This document shows positions 48,576 to 61,724 of a stretch of 64,000 nucleotides of DNA, in pieces. A program made the translations under genes and the position numbers. The stretch's first letter is position 1, and each line of letters starts with the position of its first letter. This DNA comes from Octopus sinensis (lineage: Eukaryota): contig NC_043024.1 of the NCBI RefSeq assembly GCF_006345805.1, positions 15,438,001-15,502,000 on the forward strand. Direction: 5' to 3'. The notes beneath the pieces were generated by a model. It saw only the letters and a list, made by a program, of their open reading frames with translations, ran no database searches and was not told the origin of the DNA.

Positions 48576-49298
48576 CCCAAATACGTTTCTCTGGGGGTCA
48601 ACATGAAATGATAAATAAGGCACCAGCCTCCAACTTGCAGAATCGGTAGAGCATCCAACAAAGCTACCATTCAGCACTTTTTCCAGCTCCTGACATTATA
48701 TATTCGAATCCTGCCAAAGTCAATGGTCACCTTTGCTTTTCTTTCTTCAAGGGTTGAGGACAGTGAACTAGTGAAATCGGTTGAGCATCGATCAGACACT
48801 GTGTTTTTTGGTGGTCGTTCCAGTTTTTTGCACTCAAGTCAAGAGTTGCTCTTTGCTGAAATAAATCAGAAATATATAGACGCATGCATTGCTGTGTGGT
48901 TAAGAAGATCACTTTGAAACCATATGGCTTCAGGTTCAATCTCACTGCACAGCACCTTGGGGAAGTGACTTCTAGAACCTTGCAATGACCAATGCCTTGT
49001 TCGTGAATTTGGGGACAGAAACTGTAAGGAAACCTGTCATGTATGTATATGTGTGTATGGGGGTGTATATGTACATGTGTGAAGGTGTATGTGTGTGTTA
49101 GCTTTACACAAGTTAGTGCCCCAGTATGGCCACAGTCTAATGACTGTAGCAAGTAAAGGATAAAAGATATATATATGCATAAGTGTGTATGTATATATAT
49201 CATCATCATCATTTAACATCTGCTTTCTGTGCTGGCATGGGTTGGACAGTTTGACTGAGGACTGGCAAGCCAGATGGCTGCACTAAGTTCCAATCTGA

Positions 49299-49342
<44 letters not shown>

Positions 49343-49669
49343 AAAGTGTGTGCATGTTGCCAAGATGCAACAAAATCCTCCATGCCATCACCATCTCCTC
49401 AGTGTTCTGCAGGGATGGGCAGATAAAGTTTGGATGATGAATGTGCCTCTAGGATTCTTCAGAGGGTCATGGTGGTTGGGAGGGTTAATACATATAAGAA
49501 ACAGTTAACAATAGGTACAGTGTGTTTGTCTTTTTGAAAGGGCAGAAAAAGAACAAGAACAAAAAAAAATGAGGATATTAGTGAAGCACAACTTAAAATT
49601 ATTTGGGTATAAGGAAGGGAATAAGCTATACCCAATAAATTTGGGTATAAAATGTCATAAGTTCTTTAA

Positions 49670-49889
49670 CCCTTTAGCATCTAAACCGGCCATATCCGGC
49701 CCAAATATTCCACCCGTTTTATGTTCAGACCAGCCAGAGCTGATCTCTCACTTGTACCCTAAAATGTCATTCTAAAAACAATCAATCACATCATTGAAAT
49801 CTCGAAGCTATGAGATAAGCCATGATTAAATCAAAACAATGTGAATAAATAAGCATTACTTTTGACAGAATAATCTGAATACTAAATGG
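49670..49889. mobile_element. piggyBac-type MITE
   Basis: TTAA|CCCTTTAGCAT ... ATACTAAATGG|TTAA. Confidence 0.8.
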
Positions 49890-50064
49890 TTAATTTCTTT
49901 CGGAATAATGTTGAACAAGGCAGAATCAGTCGAAGCATAAGGGTTCTATCTTCACATTATGTGATGAGAGCTTCGTTTTTGCAGGAAGGAATGGCATAAT
50001 TGGAGGGGTTGCAAAACTTGGATGATTTGTGAGCTCAATATTCACACACACACACACATATATA

Positions 50065-50295
50065 TTTCTTTACTACCCACAAGGGGCTAAACACAGAGGG
50101 GACAAACAAGGACAAACAAACAGATTAAATCGATCACATCGACCCCAGTGCGTAACTGGTACTTAATTTATCGACCCCGAAAGGATGAAAGGCAAAGTCG
50201 ACCTTGGCGGAATTTGAACCCAGAAAGTAATGGCAGACAAAATACAGCTACGCATTTTGCCCGGCATGCTAACGTTTCTGCCAGCTCGCCGCCTT
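50065..50295 (-). mobile_element. SINE F1
   Basis: Homologous to 10802-11024. Confidence 0.82.
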
Positions 50296-50299
50296 ACAT

Positions 50300-50600
50300 G
50301 ATGAACTCTCCCGTCATTAGACGACATGTGAGGGTTCGACAAATCCTTACCAAACAACCACACAGATGACTTGTTTATAGTAATCAAATGTTCGTGTAGA
50401 CATAAGCCCCACTACCTCCATCAGATCCACATTACCTGTACAGGTGCAACTGGGTGCCACATGTCAGATGAGAAAATGATTGCAGAGCAATGTGAAATGA
50501 AGTGCTTTGCTCAACAACACAACGCAACACCCAGTCTGTGAATCGAACCCATGATCTTGCAATCATGATTGCAACACCTTAACCACTAAACCAGGCACCT
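50300..50600 (-). mobile_element. tRNA-derived SINE (additional family)
   Basis: Minus head tggtttagtggttaagg...gggttcgattc, then ttgagcaaagcacttcatttcac. Confidence 0.65.
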
Positions 50601-50625
50601 TCATACATACATACATATATACATA

Positions 50626-50669
<44 letters not shown>

Positions 50670-50820
50670 CATATATACATACTATATATATATATATACA
50701 GTAGAACCTTGGTTTAGGACCACAATAAATCATGATTTATCTCCTGTTTTTCTCATATTCATTTAATACAGTAGTACTTTGGTTTATGAATGCCTCTGAT
50801 CATAAATAATCGTGCTTTAC

Positions 50821-50883
<63 letters not shown>

Positions 50884-50889
50884 AAATAG

Positions 50890-51220
50890 GTGCAGGAGTG
50901 GCTGTGTGGTAAGTAGCTTGCTTACCAACCACATGGTTCCGAGTTCAGTCCCACTGCGTGGCACTTTGGCTAAATGTCTCCTACTATAGCCTCGGGCCAA
51001 CCAAAGCCTTGTGAGTGGATTTGGTAGACGGAAACTGAAAGAAGCCCGTCGTATATATATGTATGTATGCATCTGTGTTTGTCCCCCTCAAACATAAGAG
51101 ACTGATAGAATAAGTACTAGGCTTACAAAGAATAAGTCTTGGGGTTGATTTGCTCGACTAAAGGCAGTGCTCCAGCATGGCTACAGTCAAATGACTGAAA
51201 CAAGTAAAGGAGTAAAAGTG
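50890..51220 (+). mobile_element. SINE F2 with internal deletion
   Basis: F2 head and tail. Confidence 0.8.
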
Positions 51221-51231
51221 AGTGTGTATGT

Positions 51232-51281
<50 letters not shown>

Positions 51282-51515
51282 GAAAGAATGGAGTCGAACG
51301 AAGATGTTAACAAAATTCCTTTACTCTCGACAGGTCGCTTCAACCGTGTTTTCTGACATGAATTTGCTACCCAGGTTTCGGTTAAATGAATTTTCCATGC
51401 TGACAATAAACATAGGATAATTCATTCACCTACCTAAAGCATGATTTATTCATGATCAGAGTTGTTCAAAAGCCAAGGTACTGCTGAATATATATATATA
51501 CATATATATATTTCG

Positions 51516-51890
51516 TGGCACTCTGTCGGTTACAACAATGAGGGCTCCAGTTGATCCGATCAATGGAACAGCCTGACCATAAAATTAACATCAAATGGCT
51601 GAGCACTCCACAGATATGTATACCCTTAATGTAGTTCTTGGGGAGATTCAGCATGACACAGAATGTGACAAGGCTGGCCCTTTGAAATACGGGTACAACA
51701 GAAGCAGGAAGAAAGCATGAGAGAAAGGTGTGGTGAAAGAGGAAAGCAGGGTTTGCCACCACCCCCTGCCAGAGCCTTGTGGAGCTTTAGGTGTTTTCAT
51801 TTAATAAACACTCACAAAGCCCGGTCTGGGAATCGAAACCACGATCCTACAACCGTGAGTCTGCTACCCTAACCACTGGGCCATTGTGCC
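51516..51890 (-). mobile_element. SINE F3
   Basis: Homologous to 24829-25210. Confidence 0.82.
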
Positions 51891-52084
51891 TACACACACA
51901 CACACACATATACACACACAGCTGAGCACATAAGTACAATAGGAGGCAAAAATAGTACTCGAATACCAAAGGTAGAATAATATGCATTTCATTAAATCTG
52001 CAAAATTACCACAGAACGGTTCCTTAGATTTAAAACGTTCCCGTTTGTGGGACAGTTGCTCATACTCTTTACTCTCTTTTACTC

Positions 52085-52455
52085 TTTTACTTGTTTCAGT
52101 CATTTGACTGTGGCAATGCTGGAGCACCACCTTTAGTCAAGCAAATCGACCCCAGGACTTATTCTTTGTAAGCCTAGTACTTATTTTATCGGTCTCTTTT
52201 ACCAAACCACTAAGTTATGGGGATGTAAACACACCAGCATCAGTTGTCAAGCGATGTTGGGGGGGGGACAAACACAGATACATACACACACACGCACACA
52301 CGACAGGCTTCTTTCAGTTTCCATCTACCAAATCCACTCACAAGGCTTTGGTTGACCCGCAGCTAATGCAGAAGACACTTACCCAAGGTGTCACGCAGTG
52401 GGATTGAACCCAGAACCATGTGGTTCGTAAGCAAGCTACTTACCACACAGCCACA
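52085..52455 (-). mobile_element. SINE F2, full length
   Basis: Reverse complement of the F2 consensus. Confidence 0.83.
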
Positions 52456-53084
52456 TCACGACCGTCCGAACAATGGAAACATGGAACTCTGAATAACAGT
52501 TCTGTGATAATTTTGCTGCCTTAATAAAACATATATATATATATGTGCATAATATGTATGCATACATATATGCATACGCATATACATATGCACATAAACA
52601 CATACATGCACACAGATGTATACATACATATAGACAGGCATGCGTACATAGACATACGCACAATCATGCATATATATATACACCCACATTCACACGTTTA
52701 CATACACACACACATGTATACATACAGATACATACACACATACACCTGTAGATATACACTCATACACACACCTGTAGAAATACACATACACTCACATGTA
52801 GACATACACATACGCTCTCACACACCTGTAGAAATTCACATACACTCACACATGTATACATACACATACACTCACACATACATGTATACATACGCATGTA
52901 TACACACACACACACACATACAGACATACACACACGTGCATGCATGTATGTATCCCCACTTGAAGAACATATCCAGGCTAACCGTCTTCATATGGTGCCA
53001 CAGAAACTTCAAAGATATTTCTATGATATTTACACAGGATTTTATGTGAAATCAATGTTGCGGTACCCACTCTGGTTGTTGTTG

Positions 53085-53300
53085 TTGCTGATAGTGCTAT
53101 TATTATTATCATTATTATTATTTTTATTTTTATTATTATTATTATTATCATCATCATCATCATTATTATTATCATCATTATTATTATCATTATTATTATC
53201 ATTATTATTATTATCATTATTATTATCATTATTATTATTATTATTCTTATTCTTCTTCTTATTATTATTATCATCATTATTATTATCATTATTATTATTA

Positions 53301-53334
<34 letters not shown>

Positions 53335-53368
53335 CATTATTATTATTATTATTATTGTTATTATTATT

Positions 53369-53403
<35 letters not shown>

Positions 53404-53415
53404 CATCATTATTGT
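53085..53415. repeat. (ATT/ATC)n microsatellite
   Basis: Visible directly. Confidence 0.93.
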
Positions 53416-53774
53416 AGGTGTAGAAAAATGGTAACAACATGAAAGGAATAAAAAAAAAAACAAAGGAAAACGTGAATTTCATGTAAGGCAAACAGACTAC
53501 AGAATATTTTTATTACTGTTATTATTGTTATTGTTATTATTATTGTTGTTGTTAATGCTTGTTGCATGTCATAAGCCCTACACATGCCACCTCACAGCTT
53601 GATTAATATTACTGAGATTTATCTAGCAAGGAATGGAACAGAGAGAGAGAGAGAGAGAACACATACATACATAGGTATGTATACATGTGTGTGTGTGTGT
53701 GTGTGTGCATGTATTTTTGTTCAGAGATAGTTACATAGATAGAAAGTGCAAGAGATTGATAGATGCACCTAAAG

Positions 53775-53817
<43 letters not shown>

Positions 53818-53885
53818 TACACGCATACATATATATATATACATATATACACGCATACATATATATATATATACATATATACACG

Positions 53886-53953
<68 letters not shown>

Positions 53954-53990
53954 TACACGCATACATATATATATATATATATACACATTC

Positions 53991-54021
<31 letters not shown>

Positions 54022-54059
54022 ATATATATATATATATACACATTCACATACATACATAC

Positions 54060-54723
54060 AGGGCACTCTATAATGAAATCCATCAGAAGGATAATCCTGA
54101 GGACAAAGAAATATAAACCCATAATATGGTAGAAGCCATAGCCACTCATCATAAAAAGCAGTACTGGTGGAATGTACCAGTGAAGACCTCAATAAAATGT
54201 AAGCACAACAGACCTGATATAATGATTTGGGATAGAGAAGAGAAACTGTGCACAGTTGTAGAAATTAGCTGCCCACCATATGTTAACATAAAGCTGAAGA
54301 TCAGTGAAAAAGAGAACACTTATGCTGAACTATTGAGAAATCTGCAGTTACTCTATCCAGATTACAAGTTCAGGTTTATACATGTGATTATTGGGACCTT
54401 GGGATATGTAACACACTTCATAAATACCAATCTTGAGAAATTAGGCTTCTCAAAACAAGAAAGGAGAAAGCTAATTCAAAAACTACAGATCCAATTCATC
54501 ACTGGAAATGGACAAATCTGTAAAGCTTTCCAGAAGTTTATCATTAAAACATATATGCGCATGTCTAGATATGTAACTATATGCATAAGAATACATGAAT
54601 AAAACATATAACTCTGCACATACATACAAAAATACCCTGTGGTTGATGTTGAAATTCCAATGAAGGAGCCTTGGATCTAGGTTAGAAACCGGTTCTTTTT
54701 CTATTGGCAAGAAATCTTGAAAT
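54060..54723 (+). mobile_element. R4/Dong-type non-LTR retrotransposon 3' end (restriction-like endonuclease domain plus 3' UTR)
   Basis: HNRPDIMIWD...VVEISCP...EKENTY (PD-(D/E)xK-type RLE motif) and VIIGTLG; inserted in TA/CA microsatellite. Confidence 0.85.
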
Positions 54724-54769
54724 AACATATATACATACAAACATACATGAGGCTCTGAGATATGTACCA

Positions 54770-54975
54770 CATTGCCTCAATACCAATCTTGAGAAATTAA
54801 GCTTCTCAAAGCCAGAAAGGAGAAAGCTGATTTGAAGACTACAGATCCAATTCATCACTGGAACTGTAAAGATTTGTGAAACTTTCCAGAAGTCTATCAT
54901 TTAAATATTATATGAGTATATCTAGAAATGCAACTATATGCATGAGGATACATACATAAAACAAAACATACAAAT

Positions 54976-55042
<67 letters not shown>

Positions 55043-55150
55043 TACATACAAAAATACCCTGTTGCTTATGTTGAAATTCCAATCAAGGAGCCTTTTATCT
55101 AAGTTAGAAACTGGTGCTTTCTCTATTGGCAAGAATTCTTAAAATAAAAC
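54770..55150 (+). mobile_element. Second, shorter tandem copy of the same RLE LINE 3' end
   Basis: aataccaatcttgagaaatta...ctattggcaagaa repeated from 54422-54723. Confidence 0.85.
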
Positions 55151-55799
55151 TGAACCATGACAGACAGACAGACAGACATACATACAGACATACATGTGTG
55201 TGTGTGTGTGTGTGTGTATTATATGGAAAACCAATACTATACATTCATCCTATATTTCTGGCTGCCATATAAGCTTGACAATAACTATTAATGATACTAT
55301 ACATATATCATATAAAGAAAAAAAATACTACATATATGTGTGTGTGTGTGTGTGTGTGTAATTTTTTGTGTGTCTATGTACTAAAACACAAGTACTCAAT
55401 ACACAGGTGTGTTATAAAGTTGTAGAGCTTGAGATAATTACCTTATTTTGCAGTATGGTAGATGCTACATCATGGAACATACACCCTGAGTTTGGAAACG
55501 TAATGCTAAGGAAAAATATTCTTAATACTTGGCAACACCCCATCCAAAAGATCAGGTCAGTACCCAGCAGACACACACTAAATGCCTGTTATCAAACACA
55601 ATCGACAGGTAAACCAGCAAAGTGATCATACCTGTCCTTTAACAAAATCACCAGGCTACAATGACCCACCTGGCAGTTTGCAGCCAGGTATTATCGTAGT
55701 CCTGGTTGTGAATTTAACAAGTTAACGACCATTGCCTGTTACTGGAACCTAACAGTGATGCCAGGTATTTCACGTGGTCATACTGTATACTCTTTATCT

Positions 55800-56150
55800 C
55801 TTTTACTTGTTTTAGTCATTTGACTGTGGCCATGCTGGAGCACCGCCTTTAGTTGAGCAAATCGACCCCAGGACTTATGCTTTGTAAGCCTAGTACTTAT
55901 TCTATCGGTCTCTTTTGCTGAACTGTTAAGTTACGGGGACGTAAACACACCAGCATCGGTTGTCAAGCGATGTTGGGGGGACAAACACAGACACAGAAAC
56001 ATATACACACACATACACACACACATATATCTATATCTATCTATATATATACACACACACACACACACGATGGGCTTCTTTCTGTTTCCATCTACCAAAT
56101 CCACTCACAAGGCTTTGGTTGGCCCAAGGCTATAATAGATGACACTTGCC
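55800..56150 (-). mobile_element. SINE F2
   Basis: Reverse complement of the F2 consensus. Confidence 0.8.
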
Positions 56151-56580
56151 CAACGACACTGGGTATGCCTCAGCAAGTGACTGTAACAAATACGCAGATT
56201 AAAAGTAAAATATAATAATAATAATGACCTGGAAATTAAAACACAAAAGATGTGGCATGTTAAAGCACAAACTATTCCTGTTATTGTAGGTGCCCTAGGT
56301 ATGATAAAAAAGGGATGTTAGAAACATCTAGACAACATCCCAGGAGAACCATATCTCAGAGAAATCCAAAAAATTGTACTGACAAGTACTGCCCACATCC
56401 TTAGAAAAACCCTATATATTTAAATGTCTGTGTTGTATATGAAGGTATTTTGCTACTGCCCTGGCCACTTTCCTCCCCAAGTTTTCAGTCATACTGTAAC
56501 ATCTCTTATCCATCACTCGCCCTATGACGCTGGGTGTGTCCCGGCAAGTGATTGTAGCAAGCGTGCAGATTAAAAGTAAA
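56150..56580 (+). mobile_element. Two tandem 5'-truncated Dong-like LINE ends separated by (AAT)n
   Basis: 56226-56423 DLEIKTQKMWHVKAQTIPVIVGALGMIKKGC*KHLDNIPG...IVLTSTAHILRKTL. The terminus gcaagtga-tgta-caa--gcagattaaaagtaaa occurs at about 56210 and 56580. Confidence 0.82.
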
Positions 56581-56619
56581 TAACAATAATAATGATAATA
56601 ATGTCCTGATACAGTACCA

Positions 56620-57195
56620 ATACTCCAATGCAGTACCTTCAATGCCCCGATGCAGTACCAGGCAGTGGTTCTATTGGCTTCTGATGTTAACTGATTGGTA
56701 ATGTTAACATGTACATATTTTGTCTTGGTATAAAAAAGATGGACTACAACAAATATTCTGCTCAATACCACAGATTTGCTTGTCGGTTGCATGACCCTCG
56801 CTGGTTGAGCATGTCCCTTAGTAGCAGACAATATGTGCATCTCTGATCATGAGCAGAAGTGGTGGAAAAGCATCGTAGTCATGTATTGAGAGGGATTCTT
56901 TGGGGTTTGAATAATTCACCTTTGAAAATATGGATGTTTTGTTCAATATCCTTAAATAACCCTTATTCGGGGAGCTTTGAGCAGGGTGAGCTACTTGAGA
57001 TTAAGAAAATTCTAACAAGGTCCCACCTGCAAGGTCATGCGCTGTTTACCTTGATGAGATCACCATGTCATGCACATATGGTTGTGATGCATGTGCCTAG
57101 TGTACCCTTATCAGACGGGTAGTCATGATCGGTATACTGGGCTTTGTATATTTTACCCCAGTGTCACTTTGATGGCATGCACTGCTCTCTCACTC
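56620..57195 (+). mobile_element. Non-coding retroposed repeat family E ending ctctctcactc(AAT)n
   Basis: About 500 bp shared with 63345-63870. Confidence 0.75.
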
Positions 57196-57227
<32 letters not shown>

Positions 57228-57250
57228 TAATAATAATAATGATAATAATG

Positions 57251-57314
<64 letters not shown>

Positions 57315-57778
57315 TAATAATGATAATAATAATAATAATAATCCTTGTACTAAAAGCACAAGGCCTGGATTTTGGGGGAGGGGACTAGTCAATTGCATCA
57401 ACTTCGGTGTTTCACTGATACTTAATTTGTTGGCCCCAAAAGAATGAAAGGTGAATTTAACCACGGTGGAATTTGAACTCAGAATGTAAAGAACATGAAA
57501 TGCCGCTAAGCATTTTGCCTGGTATGCTAACGATTCCACCAATTCATCAACTTAATGATAACAGTAGCAACAATGACAACAGCAACATTATTATTATTAT
57601 CATTATTATTATCATTATCATTATCATTATTATTATCATTATTATTATCATTATTATTATTATCATCATTATTATTATTATTATCATTATTATAATCGTT
57701 ATTATCATTATTATTATCATCATTATTATCATTATTATTATCATTATTATTATTATTATCATCATTATTATTATTATC

Positions 57779-57822
<44 letters not shown>

Positions 57823-57832
57823 CATTATCATT
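57196..57832. repeat. (AAT)n and (ATT)n arrays flanking a minus-strand F1-like SINE (57343-57545)
   Basis: Visible directly. Confidence 0.85.
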
Positions 57833-58053
57833 AAAGCAGCAAGCTGACAGAATCATTAGAACGTTGGACAAAATGCAGGTATTTCACCTGTCGCTATAAT
57901 CTGAGTTGAAGTCCCACCCCCTGGGGTCGACTTAATCTTTCATCCTTTCGGGGTTGATGAAATAAGTACCAGTAAAACACTGGGGTTGATGTGATCAACT
58001 AGACCCTTTCCACAAAATGTCAGGCCTTGTGCCTATAGTAAAAAGGATTATCA

Positions 58054-58095
<42 letters not shown>

Positions 58096-58382
58096 TGCGG
58101 ATACACCTGTGTGAATTAAAAGGAAATATAAAAGAGAAAGGGGCTCTCTACCCCCACCTTTTGACCAGGCTCCCGTGGCTTTTATGGGTTTTTCCAAGAG
58201 TAACTTTTCGAAGCGCCTCCCCCTATTGGGAGTTTTAATTGTTACTTACATTTCGTTGTTATCCTGCTTTTGTACACGGACCCTTTTCAAACGGACAAAA
58301 CCCTTTGTAACTTTCGTCCTGTGTTTTGTCCCTTTATGTTTTAATTGATTTTTGTTAGCCCTTGTGGCCAAAAAATGAACGA
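58096..58382 (+). mobile_element. Probable LINE 3' UTR fragment whose end resembles the F1 SINE tail
   Basis: ccctttgt...ttgtccc-ttatgttt...agcccttgtggccaaaaaa between (ATT)n and (ATC)n. Confidence 0.4.
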
Positions 58383-59184
58383 ATTATTATCATCATCATC
58401 ATCATCGTCATCAAATGAAATGTAGGCCCCTTTTGTTAATCGCTTGTTAATTTCTTGTTAATCTCTCCAAAATACTGATTTCAGATGTTTCTATATTTGT
58501 TGTACATATTCTTTTTTTTTTTTAATGTAGTTTTTGTTTTTTACTTTTGATATTTTAGTTCTTTTAAGTTTATTGGTCGAAATTAAAGTCCTGAACAGAA
58601 ACTGTTTCAACTGAAAAACACACAAACATACAAAAAAAGGGGGGGGGGGAAGTATGATAGACAAAAGAACCTGTCCCCTCTTTGAAGATTAAAACATTAT
58701 GAACATTAACGAGGTGATTTAACATTCTCAACTGAAAATTAACTATGCTATACACAATCTATTATCTAATAAAACACATCATATTTGTGTGTATGTGTGT
58801 GTATTTATATTTATGATGTATTTATATATACATGTGTGTGTATGTATATCTATATATATACATATATATATCCATGTGTGTGCTTATATACATGTGTGTA
58901 TGTGTGTGTATATACATACATGCATATATATATATATACACATGCTACATATATGTATGCACACACATATATTACATACATATATATATGTGTGTATATT
59001 CATATGCATTTATATATATATATATATATATATACATGTGTGTGTATGTATATATATATACACACACTACATATATGTATGCACACACACACACCCACAT
59101 ATATATATATAACATGTGTGTGTGTGTGTACATATAATAGTACATTAGGCACCTATATGTACATCATGATATATATATATATAT

Positions 59185-59237
<53 letters not shown>

Positions 59238-60102
59238 TGTAATACAAGCAGGAACGATGGATTTTTCACAGCTCAAACATAATAAATACACACATAAAAA
59301 CAAGATCTATTAGCAGACGCATTAGTATAATATTTTGATGGGGGGTGGTGACGAGGGGGGATCATAAATAACTTGTAATATAAATATTACTGTTTAATCT
59401 TCAAAGATCATGAAACCATTTGGCTTTGAATGTAATAATGCAATAAATATTTCATTTACAACATTTAAAGTCAATGAATTGTGTATGGGAGTGTGTCAGA
59501 AATAGTAATATATATATATGTGTGTGTGTGTGTGTGTTTGTATATATGTATATGTATGTATGTATGTATGTATGTAGGTATGTAGGTATGTATGTACGTA
59601 TGTATAGTTATAGGATTCTTTAGAATCTAGGCACATGAACAAGTAGGATGCCAAAAATGGCTAGGTACAATAACATAGGGATCACAGTGAGATGAAACAG
59701 CCATGAAAGTTTCAGGTGTTGGTAGGGTTAGGGTAAGATTAGATAGAGAGACAGACAGACAGAAAGTCAAATAGACAGGTGAGTTATAAAATTCATTAGA
59801 ATCTAGGTACATCAACATGAAGGACACAAGAAATGGTTAGATACAATAACATAGGGTTTACAGTGAGATGAAACAATGATATATCAGCCCCTTTGCCTTT
59901 CCTTTGGATAACATCGATGGTGTGGAGAGGGGAGGCTGGTATGCATGGGTGATTGCTGGTCTCCCACAAACAACCCTGCTTAGACTTGTACATCTGAGGG
60001 AAACTTACCAGGTGCAATCCCATGGTCATTTGTGACCAAAAGGGGTCTTTATATGTATATAGTATATATTTAAACACAAGCAAATACAATATATATATAC
60101 CA

Positions 60103-61707
60103 TAAAAACTCATGTAATTTACACACTTTTTTCACAAAAATAAAAACAAACTTTAGTGGGTATGTAAATTACATTATGTCCTATCTTTAGCATACTGCTG
60201 TGTGTCTTCTCAAAGTCACGATCACAGGGAAAGTTGTTGATAAAAATTACCAACAAAGACAAAGCTGATAAATATGCACAGGTGTTGCAAATTAAGTTCA
60301 TTTACCAATAAACATCAGCTTGGATGACACATTACTCAACCGACAGAGGGAGGTGACCGATGAAACTGATTATGTGAACAGAATTCTTTTCTGCCTATTC
60401 TTGTCAGAGCCTTTGATACAGAGAATCATTTCTAGAACAATTTTTGGAATTTTTTTTTATTGAAAAAAATACATACAAAACGTAAAGTTTCTAACCAGAA
60501 ATTGACTAATTTAATGTCGACTTAAATATAATAAAGTTGACTTTTATTTATACTGGAAAGTACAATGCCTACTTTTTCTGTATAAATTTACTAAAACCAT
60601 TAAATGGTAAACCACTTTTTGAAGTCTGACATCCATGCTAGTAAACATAGTCTGGGCCATATTTTACATTGCTTGGAGTTTCTACTTATCGCAATGGAAC
60701 AACATTGACATACATAGTGATATGGAAATACTGAAGTGAAAAAATGTAATGATATGGATAATCTTGATTGTATATTTCTGTTTTTGTCTATTTATTACTA
60801 GGCATGGTTTTAAGTTTGTCAAACTGTTTACATGTATTTCAAACTTTGGCTTCATTAATGTTAAAATGCCTTCCAGCAACTCTATTGCCACGTTCAAATG
60901 CACATTCAACATATTTAATTTCTCCTTCACAGTAAACGATTCATAAGTTCTGCCCGTACTAACAATAATGGTAATGACAAATTTTAAAGTTTGCTTGACA
61001 TTTTATAAGTGTGAAAGGGATTAAAATTTCGATACTCCATATCAAAGGTTCTGACAAGAATAGATGGGAAAGAATTCTGTTTACATAATCAGTTTCATCG
61101 GTCACCTTCCATATACATGGAAGATGTAGACCCAAGAAGATATGGGATGAGGTAGTGAAGAATGATCTTCAGATGTTGAGTTCCACAGAGGTGATGACAA
61201 GTGATCAAAACCTTTGGCAATTTGCTATGAGAAAGTGTCATCCAAGCTGATGTTTATTGGTAATTAAACTTAATTTGCAACACCTGTGCATATTTATCAG
61301 CTTAGTTTTTGTTGGTAATTCTTATCAACAATTTTTCCTGTGATTGTGATTTTAAGAAGACTTACAGCAGTATGCTAAAGATCAGACATAACCTCTTGTG
61401 GGCAAGAAACGTAAAATAAAGTTTATTATAAACAACACAAACACTTCCTAATTTAATAGCTTTCAATGTAATACCTGTCAAACACAAATGATTTTTATTT
61501 AATGAAAATTTAATAAAATCTAATCATAAGTAAGTGAAATTATGTTAAATACAACTAAACTGAAAACCTATTTCTCCTGACTATATAAGCAATTCTGAAA
61601 ACTTTTGGGTGCAAATTTTATATGAGTAGAAGCTTTTTTTTAACAAATTTTATCCTGAAACTCACCTGTGTAAATTACACAGATGCACAAATTACATGGA
61701 TTTTTAC
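60103..61707. mobile_element. Foldback-like non-autonomous element with long modular TIRs
   Basis: 60145-60330 is the reverse complement of 61235-61400; 60352-60420 of 61040-61107; termini taaaaa-ycatgtaattt. An RTE ORF2 scrap interrupts the right arm (61108-61235). Confidence 0.75.
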
Positions 61708-61724
61708 ACAATATATATATGACT

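Noticed and set aside
51365-51445. Minus-strand GAAACCTGGGTAGC with an upstream long stem
   Set aside because: No recognisable CUGANGA core at the required position.
55454-55556. AG/GT-bounded open segment MVDATSWNIHPEFGNVMLRK...
   Set aside because: Splice-like signals are common by chance and no protein family is recognised.
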